64,000 nt of DNA, taken from Longimicrobiales bacterium (GTDB lineage: Bacteria > Gemmatimonadota > Gemmatimonadetes > Longimicrobiales > Gaopeijiaceae). Within the stretch, counting starts at the first letter, position 1. Every line of letters starts with the position of its first letter. A program made the translations under genes and the position numbers. This document shows, piece after piece, positions 8,894 through 18,431 of the stretch. The stretch is from positions 3,296,001 to 3,360,000 of the forward strand of contig OZ241892.1 in the NCBI GenBank assembly GCA_965203485.1, written 5' to 3'. The notes below the pieces were generated by a model. It searched no databases and had not been told where the DNA came from. It saw nothing but the letters and a program-made list of their open reading frames with translations.

Positions 8894-11191
8894 ATGTTCC
8901 GTGCCGTGCGGATCCCGTTGGTCGTTGCCGCGGCGTTCGGCCTGTGGCCGGCCACCGGCGCGGAAGCGCGCGGTGCCCAGGTCCCCGGTTCGGGGGCCTG
9001 GGCGGTTCGCGCGGTCGACGACCGGTCCGGCAATCCGGTGCCGGGCGTGGTGCTCTTCTTTCCGGCCCTGTCGGCGAGCCGGCTCACCAACGACGGCGGG
9101 CTGGCGGAGTTGCCGGCGGCGGGCGATTCGCTCCGCGTCGTCGCGACCCGAATCGGGTACGCCGAGCTGGACACGCTGTTGAGCTTGTCGGGGCGGGGCG
9201 CGGTCGTCGAGTTCCGGCTGGCGCGCGCGCCGGTCTCGCTGCAGCCGCTGACGGTCGAGGCGGACCGCCGCCTCACGTCGCGCGAGCTTCACCGCCTGCT
9301 GTTCGACCGCGAGGTCTCGATCGGCGCGTTCAGCATGACGCAGGCCGAGATCGAGGCGGTGCCGCCGATCGGGGAGCCGGACGTGTTCCGCAGCCTGCAG
9401 GCGTTCGCCGGCGTGTCGAGCCTCAACGACTACAGCGGCCAGCTGTTCGTGAGGGGCGGAGCCGGCGACCAGACGCGGGTGTTGCTCGACGGCGCGCCCG
9501 TGTTCGCGCCCTATCACATGTTCGGGCTGTTCGGCGTGTTCAACTCGGGCGCGATCGAGGCGACCGAGTTCTACCGGGGCTCGATTCCCGCGCGCTACGG
9601 CGGAGCGCTGTCGGGCGTCGTGTCGGCGCGCAGCAGGACCGGCAACGCGCGGGGGACCAGCGCGAGCGGCGGCGTCAGCTTTCTGGGCGCGCGCGTCGCG
9701 GCGAGCGGCGCGGCGCCGTGGGGAGGCGTCCGGTGGATGGCGGCGGGGCGCAAGGCGTCGGTCGACGTCGCGCGGGTCTCGATCCCGTATTCGTTCGAGG
9801 ACCTGAACCTGGGACTCGAGGCGCATCCGGCGGAGCGGCACCGGCTGCGCGTCTCGCTGATGGCGTCGGGCGACGAGTTCGCTTGGCGGTTCGGGGACGA
9901 CGCCAAGAGTTCTCTGCGCTCGGCGTGGGAGAACCTGGCGTCGTCGCTGTCGTGGTCGTGGGTTCGCGACGACCGGCTGGCCAGCGGCGTGACGGCGTAC
10001 TACAGCCGGTACAGGGGCGACATCGGGGTCGACGACACCGGCGGCTCCGGGCCGGCCACGGAGAATCGCGTCGCGGTGGCGGGACTGCGTGCCAACGTGA
10101 CGCTGCGGGGCGAGACGGCCGGCTTGAGGGCGGGCGTCGCGTTCGAGGCGGGCCCGGTGGGCCTTCGCGGCTTCCGTCCGGGCGCGTACATGGAAGGCGA
10201 CGCTTCGCGGTCCTACCTGCACCTGTCGGCGTTCGCCGAGGCGGAGCGCTCGCTGGGCCCGGTGCGGCTGGCGCCGGGCGTGCGCGTGGGCGCGGAGCGG
10301 CGGGCGTCGCGGCGGTTCGTCGAGCCGCGCTTCTCGGTCCGCTGGCGCGCGGACGCGTTCGCGCTCAGCCTCAGCCTCGACCGCACGTACCAGTTCATGT
10401 CGCAGCTCGCGGACGCTCGCTTCGATCCGCCGGGCGCGCCCATGTGGTTCGTGCATCCGGGCGAGCATCCGGCGTCCCTGGCCGACGGCCTGAGCGTCTC
10501 GGCCGACGCTTGGCGCGGCGACGCCTGGACGGCGGCGGCGGCCGCGTGGACCCGGCGCTTCCGCAACAAGCCGTACTGGCGGCCCGGCCAGCCGAGAGAC
10601 CTGGCGGCGCTCGAGTTCCACGACGGGACCGGACACGGCATCGAAGTCACGGTGCGCAGGCACTCGGGCCGGGTTCGGGGTTGGCTGTCGTACCAGTGGG
10701 CGCGCGTCGCGTTCCAGGACGGCGACGGCGCCGAGTACTTCCCCGCTTGGGACCGCCGGCACGAACTCGACGGCACCGTCACGACCCGCGTCGCGGGCCA
10801 ACTCGACGTGTCCGTCAGGGCAACCGTGGGAACAGGCGCGCCGTTCTGGTTCCCGGCCGGCACCTACAACCTGATCCGGTACGACCCGACCCATTGGGCC
10901 TCAGGCCCGCCCTTCACGGAGCTCTCCGCAAGCCAGGCGGGCGCGGTGACGCTGTGGTCGTCCGTCCAGGGCCGTGTTCCGCTGTACGCTCGCTACGACG
11001 TCTCCTTGCGGTATGCGTTGCGCTGGGGCTCCTGGGAAGTGATCCCCTACGCGTCGGTCGTCAACGTCGCCAACAGGTCCAACGTGCTCTCCTACACGCA
11101 CTTCAGCAGGGAGCAGTCGGGAGGGCATCAGTTGACCTCGCAGACTCAGCTTCCGTTGTTTCCCTTCTTGGGAATCGACTTCCGGTTCTGA
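8894..11191 (+). CDS. TonB-dependent receptor with N-terminal carboxypeptidase-regulatory-like domain
   Basis: Signal peptide, plug (GEPDVFRSLQ...VRGG...LLDG...PARYGGALS), terminal GIDFRF; AGGAGG RBS. Confidence 0.9.
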   Translation: MFRAVRIPLVVAAAFGLWPATGAEARGAQVPGSGAWAVRAVDDRSGNPVPGVVLFFPALSASRLTNDGGLAELPAAGDSLRVVATRIGYAELDTLLSLSGRGAVVEFRLARAPVSLQPLTVEADRRLTSRELHRLLFDREVSIGAFSMTQAEIEAVPPIGEPDVFRSLQAFAGVSSLNDYSGQLFVRGGAGDQTRVLLDGAPVFAPYHMFGLFGVFNSGAIEATEFYRGSIPARYGGALSGVVSARSRTGNARGTSASGGVSFLGARVAASGAAPWGGVRWMAAGRKASVDVARVSIPYSFEDLNLGLEAHPAERHRLRVSLMASGDEFAWRFGDDAKSSLRSAWENLASSLSWSWVRDDRLASGVTAYYSRYRGDIGVDDTGGSGPATENRVAVAGLRANVTLRGETAGLRAGVAFEAGPVGLRGFRPGAYMEGDASRSYLHLSAFAEAERSLGPVRLAPGVRVGAERRASRRFVEPRFSVRWRADAFALSLSLDRTYQFMSQLADARFDPPGAPMWFVHPGEHPASLADGLSVSADAWRGDAWTAAAAAWTRRFRNKPYWRPGQPRDLAALEFHDGTGHGIEVTVRRHSGRVRGWLSYQWARVAFQDGDGAEYFPAWDRRHELDGTVTTRVAGQLDVSVRATVGTGAPFWFPAGTYNLIRYDPTHWASGPPFTELSASQAGAVTLWSSVQGRVPLYARYDVSLRYALRWGSWEVIPYASVVNVANRSNVLSYTHFSREQSGGHQLTSQTQLPLFPFLGIDFRF

Positions 11192-11205
11192 TCAAGGACT
11201 GATCC

Positions 11206-12093
11206 ATGTGCCATGGAATCCTGCTGGCCGCCGCGGTTGCGGTCGTGGCAACCGCATGCGACGAAATCGTCGATCCGACGTTGCCCGGCGAGCGTTTCAG
11301 CGAACGCCTCTTCCTTTACGCGGCGCTCAACCCCGACGAGGTCCACCAGTGGACAGTAGTGGCGCCGGCGGACGCCCGGTATCAACCGGTGGTCAACGTG
11401 GCCATCTACCAGAGGACGAGCGGCCAAGCAGGCTCGGGCTGGACTCTGGTCGCGCGCGACAGCTCGGCCGGGCCCAAGGCCCACGACCACGACCCGGGTT
11501 GCGTCCACGTCTACAGCGGCGCCCATTGCTTGGCGCCGCACGCCAGTCTCGAACCGGGCGCGATCTACATGGTCGAAGCCACGGCGGAGGGCTATGCCGC
11601 CGCGCGGGGCGTGACGCGCATTCCCGGCGACTTCGAGGTCGGGCGCGCCGTACTTTCCCGCCGCGACGGTGCGCATGTCATAAGCGCGGAGTGGACGGAC
11701 AGCGAGCACGCCCACCGCTACCTTCTCGGCGTGAGGCGATATGCGAGCATATGCGGCAACTGCAGTCGGGCGTGGAACGTGGACATGGACAGCACAAGCT
11801 ACACGGGTCCGTTGCCGCAAGTGGCCGTGGACAGCTTGGGACCGGCGCCCACGGTCGTCGTCATGGCCGCCGACGAACACTTCCATGCCTTCGTCACCTC
11901 CGGACTGGGCGACCAGTTGCTGAGCGTGCCGCCCGCGATGAACGTGGAAGGCGGCTTCGGCGTCGTCGGGTCCGCCCGCTACCGCATCCGGTCCATTGCC
12001 ATGCCGGACCAGTCGGCCGACAGGGAGCGCCAACGCCGGACGTCGGCTGGGCGGCCGCCTTCGAGGCCGCTGGGCGCAGGCGCTCCGGAATGA
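11206..12093 (+). CDS. Lipoprotein, DUF4249-like partner of the TonB receptor
   Basis: VATAC lipobox; C-terminal NVEGGFGVVGS motif; directly follows the receptor. Confidence 0.65.
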   Translation: MCHGILLAAAVAVVATACDEIVDPTLPGERFSERLFLYAALNPDEVHQWTVVAPADARYQPVVNVAIYQRTSGQAGSGWTLVARDSSAGPKAHDHDPGCVHVYSGAHCLAPHASLEPGAIYMVEATAEGYAAARGVTRIPGDFEVGRAVLSRRDGAHVISAEWTDSEHAHRYLLGVRRYASICGNCSRAWNVDMDSTSYTGPLPQVAVDSLGPAPTVVVMAADEHFHAFVTSGLGDQLLSVPPAMNVEGGFGVVGSARYRIRSIAMPDQSADRERQRRTSAGRPPSRPLGAGAPE

Positions 12094-12764
12094 TGGGGGC
12101 GCCGCCGCGTGGTCGGCGACGGTTGCGCCGGGTTGGGCGGCGTTCCGTTCGGCGCGCGTTCCTGCTGGCGGCGGCGGTTGCCGCGGCGACGCAACCGCTC
12201 GCGGCGCAGGTGTCGTTCAGCGCCGTCGCGGGCCTGAACCGAGCGGCCTTCAGCGGCCCCGGGTCGGCGGGGGCGTCGTCCCGCAACGGATTGATGATCG
12301 GCGGCGCGGCCGAGGTGCCGGTCACCGCCGTGTTCTCGGTCAGGCCCGAACTCCAGCTGTCGACCAAGGGCGCGCGCGTGCTGGGCTGGCTCGGGACGCG
12401 CGGGTACGGCAACTTCTCGCTCGCCTACGTGCAGGCGCCGTTGCTTGGACAGATTCGCGCGCCCGTCGGCGCAATGGTCCGTCCGCTTCTCTACGGTGGG
12501 GCGTCGGTCGGCCTGCTGGTCGCCTGCTCGCTGGCGGCGCGCGACTGCGCCGACCTCGACGAGTTCGACGGCAGAACCGCCGACGTCTCGATCGTCTGGG
12601 GCGCCGAGGTCGAGTTCTTGCGCGTTGCCGTTGGAGTGCGCTACGAGGCGGGACTCGCCTCCGTCAACGCGCGGGCCCGGAACGCGGTGAACAACGGCGT
12701 CTGGTCGGTCACGGCCCGCTACGCCGTCGCGCGGCGCCCCGCGAGGGAGTCGGCGCCGCGGTAG
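12090..12764 (+). CDS. Outer-membrane beta-barrel (PorT/OmpA-like) protein
   Basis: AGLN...VRPELQLSTKG...LAYVQAPLL...VGVRYEAGL; ATGA overlap with previous gene. Confidence 0.75.
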   Translation: MMGAPPRGRRRLRRVGRRSVRRAFLLAAAVAAATQPLAAQVSFSAVAGLNRAAFSGPGSAGASSRNGLMIGGAAEVPVTAVFSVRPELQLSTKGARVLGWLGTRGYGNFSLAYVQAPLLGQIRAPVGAMVRPLLYGGASVGLLVACSLAARDCADLDEFDGRTADVSIVWGAEVEFLRVAVGVRYEAGLASVNARARNAVNNGVWSVTARYAVARRPARESAPR

Positions 12765-12870
12765 CGTCGCGGAATCAGCGCCGTGCATGCGCCCGTGCGG
12801 CGTGTTGCAGTCGCCGCAGCGGTTGCGCCGCACCGGTCCGACGGTCGCCTCAGGGGCTCCGCCAGAGGCG

Positions 12871-13689
12871 TCAGGTCGCCCGGAGGTCGTCGGCGGGCAG
12901 GGCGAAGAACTCGGCCGCGAAGCCGTTGGCGGGTTGGGCCGCGACATCGGCGGGAGGTCCCGTCTGGCGGACCCTGCCGTCCTCCAGGACGCAGACGGCG
13001 GCCGCGCCCAGAGCATGGACATCGCGCGCGTCGTGGGTCGCCACGATGGCGGGCTTGGCGCGGCGTCGCAGCCGGTCCGCAAGGAAGCCCCGCATGTCGC
13101 GCCGCGCGGCGGGGTCGAGGGCGGCGAGCGGTTCGTCCAGGAGGAGCATGTCGGGTTCCGTCACCAGGGCGCGGGCGAGCGCGACGCGCTGCTGTTCCCC
13201 GCCGGACAGCGCCTTCGGCATGCGGCGGGCCAGGTGCGCGCACCCCATTTCCTCGAGCACGGCGTCCACGGCCGCGTTCCGTTCGGCGGACGGCCTGCGT
13301 CCCGTCCCCCCGGCGAGGCCGAACGCGACGTTGGCGGCGACCGTCAGATGCGGGAAGAGCCCGTAGCCCTGCGGCACGTACCCCACGCGACGCGCCTCGG
13401 GCGGCAGCCCGACGCCCTTCTCGGAATCGGCCAGGACGCGCCCGTCGACTTCGATTCGTCCCTCGAAGGCGGCGTAGGCGCCCGCGACGGCGCGCAGCAG
13501 CGTCGTCTTGCCCGAACCGTTGGGCCCGACGACCGCGACGGGCGCGCTGCCGCCTTCGAGCTTCGCCTCGAGCACGAACGTTCCGGCTCGGACGCGCACG
13601 TCCGCCCTCCAGGCCACGCTCGGTCGTCCGCTCGGCTCGCTCGGGGTCGCGTTCCCTGCCACGCCGCGCGCGTCCACGCCCCCTGCCAC
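12871..13689 (-). CDS. modC: Molybdate ABC transporter ATP-binding protein
   Basis: GPNGSGKT, LSGGEQQR, LLLDEP; operonic with modB and modA. Confidence 0.88.
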   Translation of the reverse strand: MAGGVDARGVAGNATPSEPSGRPSVAWRADVRVRAGTFVLEAKLEGGSAPVAVVGPNGSGKTTLLRAVAGAYAAFEGRIEVDGRVLADSEKGVGLPPEARRVGYVPQGYGLFPHLTVAANVAFGLAGGTGRRPSAERNAAVDAVLEEMGCAHLARRMPKALSGGEQQRVALARALVTEPDMLLLDEPLAALDPAARRDMRGFLADRLRRRAKPAIVATHDARDVHALGAAAVCVLEDGRVRQTGPPADVAAQPANGFAAEFFALPADDLRAT

Positions 13690-13708
13690 GCTCGGTCTTC
13701 CCCCGCGG

Positions 13709-14557
13709 CTAGGCTCGCCAGGCCGCGCCGAAGCGCCGCGCCAGCGCAGCGGGCGCGCTCCGGAGCAGCAGCAGCAGCAGCGCGCCGGCGCCGGCGAGGG
13801 CGAGCGCGAGGGCGACCGCGACCTTGGTGTCGGTCTCCAGGGCGGTGTAGATCGCGAGCGGCAGAGTTCGCGTGGAACCGGCGAGGTTGCCCGCGAACAG
13901 GAGCGTCGCGCCGAATTCGCCCAGCGCGCGCGCCCAGGACAGAGCGGCGCCGGCGGCGAGACCCGGCAGGGCCAGCGGCGCCGTCACCCGCAGGAACGCG
14001 CCGCCCGGCGACTGGCCGAGCGTCCGCGCGACGACGAGGAGGTCGGGATCCGCGCGGCGAAACGCCGCCGCGGCGCCCTGCACGTAGAACGGCGCCGAAA
14101 CGACGACCTGCGCGAGAACGACCGCGGTGGTCGTGAACGGCAGCTGCACGTTCAAGGGCGCAAGCAGGGGACTGAACAGGCCGTTGCGCCCGAAGGCTTC
14201 GAGGAGCGCAAGCCCCACGACCGCCGGCGGCACCACCACGGGAAGGTCCACGACGATCTCGGCGGTGCGCACCGCCCTCCCGTCGCGGGTCGCCATCCAC
14301 CAGGCCAGCGGCGTTCCCGCCGCCACGATCACGGCCATGCTGGCAACCGTCGTCTGCGCGCTCAGGCGCAAGGCCGGCCAGAACAGCGGATCGCGCGCGC
14401 CCAGAGCGAAGTCGCCCGGCGAGGACGCGCTGACGAGCGCAACCAGCGGGACGGCCAGGAGAGCGAGCATCGGCACGGCGGCCAGCCCCGCGCCCCGTCC
14501 GGCCAGGATGGCCGCAGGCGCCCCGCGCCGTCCCCGTCCGGCGCGCCCCAGGGTCAC
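13709..14557 (-). CDS. modB: Molybdate ABC transporter permease
   Basis: [39 protein letters not shown] overlaps modA stop. Confidence 0.92.
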   Translation of the reverse strand: MTLGRAGRGRRGAPAAILAGRGAGLAAVPMLALLAVPLVALVSASSPGDFALGARDPLFWPALRLSAQTTVASMAVIVAAGTPLAWWMATRDGRAVRTAEIVVDLPVVVPPAVVGLALLEAFGRNGLFSPLLAPLNVQLPFTTTAVVLAQVVVSAPFYVQGAAAAFRRADPDLLVVARTLGQSPGGAFLRVTAPLALPGLAAGAALSWARALGEFGATLLFAGNLAGSTRTLPLAIYTALETDTKVAVALALALAGAGALLLLLLRSAPAALARRFGAAWRA

Positions 14558-15435
14558 GGCGGCCAAGCGTCTTCGCCGTCCTCGGCCGGCGGATGCCGCG
14601 GCGCCGGCAGCAGGAAGCCGTGGCGGGCCAGGGAGCTCCGGGCCGCGGCCGAGGCGAGGAACTCCAGCCACGCCCGGGCGGCGTCGCGGTTGGCCGTTCC
14701 AGCCACGACGGCGGCCACGTACTCGGCCTTCACGCCCACCTCGGGCGGCACGGGCACGTGGAGCACGCGGCCGGACACGGCGTCGGACCGGTACACGATG
14801 GCGGCGTCGGCCTCGTCCATCTCGACCTTGGCCCGCACGAGGCGCACGCTGCTCTCTTCGGACACGAGGCGCTCCAGGACGTCGTCGGCGAAGGCCGGGT
14901 CAACCGACCTTGCTGCCCGGGCCAGGATTTCCCTGGCGTAGGCGCCTGCCGGGACGCCCTCCGACCCCAACACGAGACGCTCGGCGCGGGGAAGGTCGCG
15001 GAACGACTCGATTCCGGCGGGATTGGCGATGGGCACGATCACCGCGAGCTCGTTGTAGGCGAAGGTCCGCTCCTCGTCCACCAAGCCGGCCGCCGCCAGC
15101 AGGGCCGCTTGGCGCGGGTCGGCCGAGGCGAAGACGTCGGCCCGGGCGCCGTGCTCGATTTGGAGGCGCAGGGTCTGGCTTCCCGCGAAGGAGAGGGTCG
15201 CGTCCGCGCCGGGATGGGCCGCCTCGAACAGGCCCTCGAGGTGGCGAAACGCTTCCGTGAGCGAGGATGCCGCGAAGACGGAAAGGCGGACGGGGCGGGA
15301 CGAGCCGGCGTGCTCCGGCGCGCACGCCCCGGACAGAGCCAGGGCGGCGGCCAAGGCGGGGAAGAAGACGGCTCCGGGGGCCCGTCCCGGCCTACACGAC
15401 GTGCGGCTGCACCGCGCGGGCAAGCGACGTCTCAA
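14554..15435 (-). CDS. modA: Molybdate ABC transporter substrate-binding protein (start probably somewhat downstream of 15435)
   Basis: [16 protein letters not shown]...[32 protein letters not shown]. Confidence 0.92.
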   Translation of the reverse strand: MRRRLPARCSRTSCRPGRAPGAVFFPALAAALALSGACAPEHAGSSRPVRLSVFAASSLTEAFRHLEGLFEAAHPGADATLSFAGSQTLRLQIEHGARADVFASADPRQAALLAAAGLVDEERTFAYNELAVIVPIANPAGIESFRDLPRAERLVLGSEGVPAGAYAREILARAARSVDPAFADDVLERLVSEESSVRLVRAKVEMDEADAAIVYRSDAVSGRVLHVPVPPEVGVKAEYVAAVVAGTANRDAARAWLEFLASAAARSSLARHGFLLPAPRHPPAEDGEDAWPP

Positions 15436-16054
15436 TGTCCCAGATCGCCTTCGAGACGGCCCGTCCGATCAAGTCCATCTTCCTCACCTGCTCCACGCGC
15501 GGCGCCACGTGGGCAAGCTCGCGCGCCGACAGCAGTTCGCCCAGGATGCCGCACGCGTCGGCCATGCAGATGATCACGACGTCGCGCGGACCGGGCACCT
15601 CGTCGCTGAAGAGGACCTCCATGATCCGCAGCTTCACCTCGCGTTCGGCCTGCCCGTCCACGAGCGGATAGCGCCGCGTGCGGAAGACCCAGAGGAAGCG
15701 GTCTTCGGTGCGCTCCAGGATCCCGCGCTCCACCAGCCGCTCGATAGCCGCCTCGCGAATCTCCTCGGCTCGTCCGGCGGCCCGCTCTACCCAGTGCCGG
15801 GCGTCGCGCGCCTCCGTCTGGGCGGCCGTCTGGGCGGCGATCTCGGCGAGCAGCGGGTCGAGCAGCTTGTCGCCCACCGGCGTCGGGTCGACCAGGATCA
15901 GCTGCTCGAGATCGGTGTCGATCCTGTCCTCCAGCGCCAAGTCCATCAGCACGCCGCCGCCCAGCGCGTAGCGCAGGGACCATTCGGGCACCCGGCGGAA
16001 CCTTCCCCCTTCGTCGTCGAGAAGGAGGAGCATGATCTCTTCGGCGAATCTCAT
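15392..16054 (-). CDS. GPP34 (Golgi phosphoprotein 3-like) family protein
   Basis: AEEIMLLLLDD..G, ALGGGVLMDLAL..RI, PTPVGD.LLD..L, LVERGIL...FLWVF..RRYP. Confidence 0.85.
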   Translation of the reverse strand: MRFAEEIMLLLLDDEGGRFRRVPEWSLRYALGGGVLMDLALEDRIDTDLEQLILVDPTPVGDKLLDPLLAEIAAQTAAQTEARDARHWVERAAGRAEEIREAAIERLVERGILERTEDRFLWVFRTRRYPLVDGQAEREVKLRIMEVLFSDEVPGPRDVVIICMADACGILGELLSARELAHVAPRVEQVRKMDLIGRAVSKAIWDIETSLARAVQPHVV

Positions 16055-16187
16055 CGCTGGCGGGGTTTGCGGCGCGTGGGGCGGCGTCTTGCCGGCGCTT
16101 CGTTTGGCGGCTTGTTGCGGCAGGATGCGGGCGGGGACGGCCTGGGCGTTGCGGGGAACTGGATGGAGCGGCTGCGAGCGGAGCGGG

Positions 16188-16241
16188 CCGGCGGTCGCGG
16201 TCCCGGCGGTCGCGGTCCCGGCGGTCGCGGTCCCGGCGGTC
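16188..16241. repeat. 15-bp tandem repeat, about 3.6 copies
   Basis: CCGGCGGTCGCGGTC x3 plus CCGGCGGTC, directly after the STAS gene stop. Confidence 0.95.
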
Positions 16242-16581
16242 AGCCCATGCTCTTCAGGGCGCCCTCGCGGTCGTCGTGGACCGCCAGGAAGCTCAGGAAG
16301 CCGCTGACCTCGAGGACTTCGCGGACGTGCGGGTGAAGGCTGCAGACGGCGAGGCCCGCGTCGCCTCCGGCCAAGTCGCGGTGGAACTCCATCAGGGCGC
16401 GCAACCCGGCCGAGCTGATGTAGTCCACGTCCGCTAGGTCCACCAACACGGATCCGGTTGCGCTGGCCATGGCTTCCCGGAAGACGCGGGAGCCCGGCGC
16501 GTCGAGGCGGCCGACGACGGCGAACACGGTGACGGACCCGTGCCTGGATTCTTCGACTGTTGTCTGGCGAGGTGGTGGCAT
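16240..16581 (-). CDS. STAS-domain anti-sigma-factor antagonist
   Basis: GRLD, VDLADVDYISSAGLRAL, VREVLEVSGF. Confidence 0.92.
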   Translation of the reverse strand: MPPPRQTTVEESRHGSVTVFAVVGRLDAPGSRVFREAMASATGSVLVDLADVDYISSAGLRALMEFHRDLAGGDAGLAVCSLHPHVREVLEVSGFLSFLAVHDDREGALKSMG

Positions 16582-16785
16582 GGCCGAGGGCGGGCTAAGC
16601 GGGACTGCCGGGCGAAGCGGGGCCGGACCGGCGCGGACGAGACTGGACTGGCCGCCGCGGCCGACGAAGCGCGGCGCGTCTCCGGGGACGAACGGAGCCG
16701 ACCCTCGGAAGCCGGGCGCCGCGGCCCCGACGCCATGAACTATAGTGCACGGGGCGAGTTGCCGCAGGCTGCCGCTGGTGGGCGC

Positions 16786-17484
16786 TCACCAGCTGCCGAG
16801 TTCGCCCGCCCGTTCGATGACGCCGCTGAGCCGGTGCGCGGCGTTGCGCCAGTTGCGCCTGACCCGGCGTTGCGCCAAGTCGCCGTCGCCGCCGGCTATG
16901 GCGCCCACGATGTCGCGGTGCTCGTCGACCGACACGTCCAGCTGGTCGAGCAACGCCTCGACGTAGAGCCGCGTGTAGCGTTCCGCTTGCGGCTTGATCG
17001 CGTCGTGCAGCGCCAGCAAGCGCGGGCCGGCGCCTCCCTCGACGTAGCGGCGGTGGAAGTCCGTGTCGAGCCGAAAGATGCGGTCGCGCGAAGGCCGCCG
17101 CCGCCCAGCCTCCCGCGAGAACTCCTCGTTGATGCGGCCGAGGGCGTCCACCAGGCCCGCCCGGCAATCTTGGCGCGAGGCCCGCCACGCCGCGAGCCCC
17201 TCGATTTCGCCGACGATGTAGAACAGTTCGCGCGCGTCCTCCTGGGTCAGCGGGGCCACGGAGGGGCGGCTCTGCCGCGCGGTGTCCGAGTCCACGATGT
17301 ACCCTTCCTGCATCAGTCGCTGCAATGCGGCCCGCACGGGCGTGCGGCTGAGGCCGAGGCGCTCGGCGATCTCCGTCTCGATGAGCCGCGATCCGGGCGC
17401 CAGCCGTCCGTGGACGATCAGCTTGCGCAAGTGCTCGTACGCCTGGACTACTCGGTCGGCGGTCGCGGCGCTGGAGGCTTTCAT
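16786..17484 (-). CDS. GntR (FadR/FCD) family transcriptional regulator
   Basis: LAPGSRLIETEIAERLGLSRTPVRAAL HTH; DTDFH and EHRDIV FCD motifs. Confidence 0.93.
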   Translation of the reverse strand: MKASSAATADRVVQAYEHLRKLIVHGRLAPGSRLIETEIAERLGLSRTPVRAALQRLMQEGYIVDSDTARQSRPSVAPLTQEDARELFYIVGEIEGLAAWRASRQDCRAGLVDALGRINEEFSREAGRRRPSRDRIFRLDTDFHRRYVEGGAGPRLLALHDAIKPQAERYTRLYVEALLDQLDVSVDEHRDIVGAIAGGDGDLAQRRVRRNWRNAAHRLSGVIERAGELGSW

Positions 17485-17552
17485 GGAGGCTTCTCGCCTT
17501 GGGGGACGGTTGGCCTGCGTTGGTGGGCGCGGCGGGGGAAGCGTGGCAATTT

Positions 17553-17570
17553 GCATACATTGCTGTATGC
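17553..17570. promoter_or_regulatory. Candidate GntR operator
   Basis: Perfect inverted repeat GCATACA-ttgc-TGTATGC in the AT-richer gap between divergent gntR and GNAT genes. Confidence 0.55.
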
Positions 17571-18388
17571 GAAACGAGTGCGCAAGCGCGGGACGCCAAG
17601 TCGCCGCCGACGCAGGCTGCGAGATCCGGCCTATCCGGAGCCAAGAGGAGTTGGCCGCGTGCGTGGCGCTTCAGGGCGAGACGTGGGGCCGGGCCTACTC
17701 CGACATCGTCCCGGCGAGCATGCTCCAGGTGGCGGCCAAGATGGGGGGCGTGGTGACGGGCGCGTTCGACGTCCGGGGCGGCCTGCTCGGGTTCGTCTAC
17801 GGCATCACGGGACTGCGCGGCGGCGAGACGGCGCACTGGTCGCACATGCTGGCCGTCCGCGAGGGGGCCCGCGACCGGGGCATCGGCGCCGCGCTCAAGT
17901 GGAGGCAGCGCGAAGAGCTCCGCGCGATGGGAGTCGCGACCGTCTATTGGACCTTCGACCCGCTGGTGGCCCGCAACGCGCACCTCAACATCAACCGGCT
18001 GGGCGCCGAGGTGCAGGAATACGTGCGCGACTTCTACGGCGCGTCCGGGAGCGAGCTCCACGAACTGGGCACGGACCGGTTCGTGGTGAAGTGGCGCTTG
18101 GACGACGCGGGCCGTCGCCGCCGCGGTCGAGGGACTGGCGGCGGCGCGGCCGCCGGGCTCGGGCCGGGCGGGCCGGAACAGGACGCAAGAGAGCCCGGGC
18201 GCTTGGCGGAGGTCGTCGTGCCGAGCGACATAGACGCGCTTCGAGCCGATTCGAAGGAGGCTGCGCTGGCATGGCGGCGGTCGAGCCGGGAGGCGTTCGC
18301 TTCTCTGCTTCGGGAGGGCTACCGGGTGCGCGGCTTCCAGCCCGGGCCGGAACGCGCGCGCTACGTGCTGGCGCTCGAAGAAGGCTGA
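17567..18388 (+). CDS. GNAT family N-acyltransferase
   Basis: HWSHMLAV..RDRGIG..LK..QR, WTFDPL..RNAHLNI..LG; start uncertain. Confidence 0.88.
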   Translation: MRNECASAGRQVAADAGCEIRPIRSQEELAACVALQGETWGRAYSDIVPASMLQVAAKMGGVVTGAFDVRGGLLGFVYGITGLRGGETAHWSHMLAVREGARDRGIGAALKWRQREELRAMGVATVYWTFDPLVARNAHLNINRLGAEVQEYVRDFYGASGSELHELGTDRFVVKWRLDDAGRRRRGRGTGGGAAAGLGPGGPEQDAREPGRLAEVVVPSDIDALRADSKEAALAWRRSSREAFASLLREGYRVRGFQPGPERARYVLALEEG

Positions 18389-18431
18389 GGCGCGGGCGGC
18401 ATCCTCCGTGCGGGGGCGCGGGCGCGCCGAC

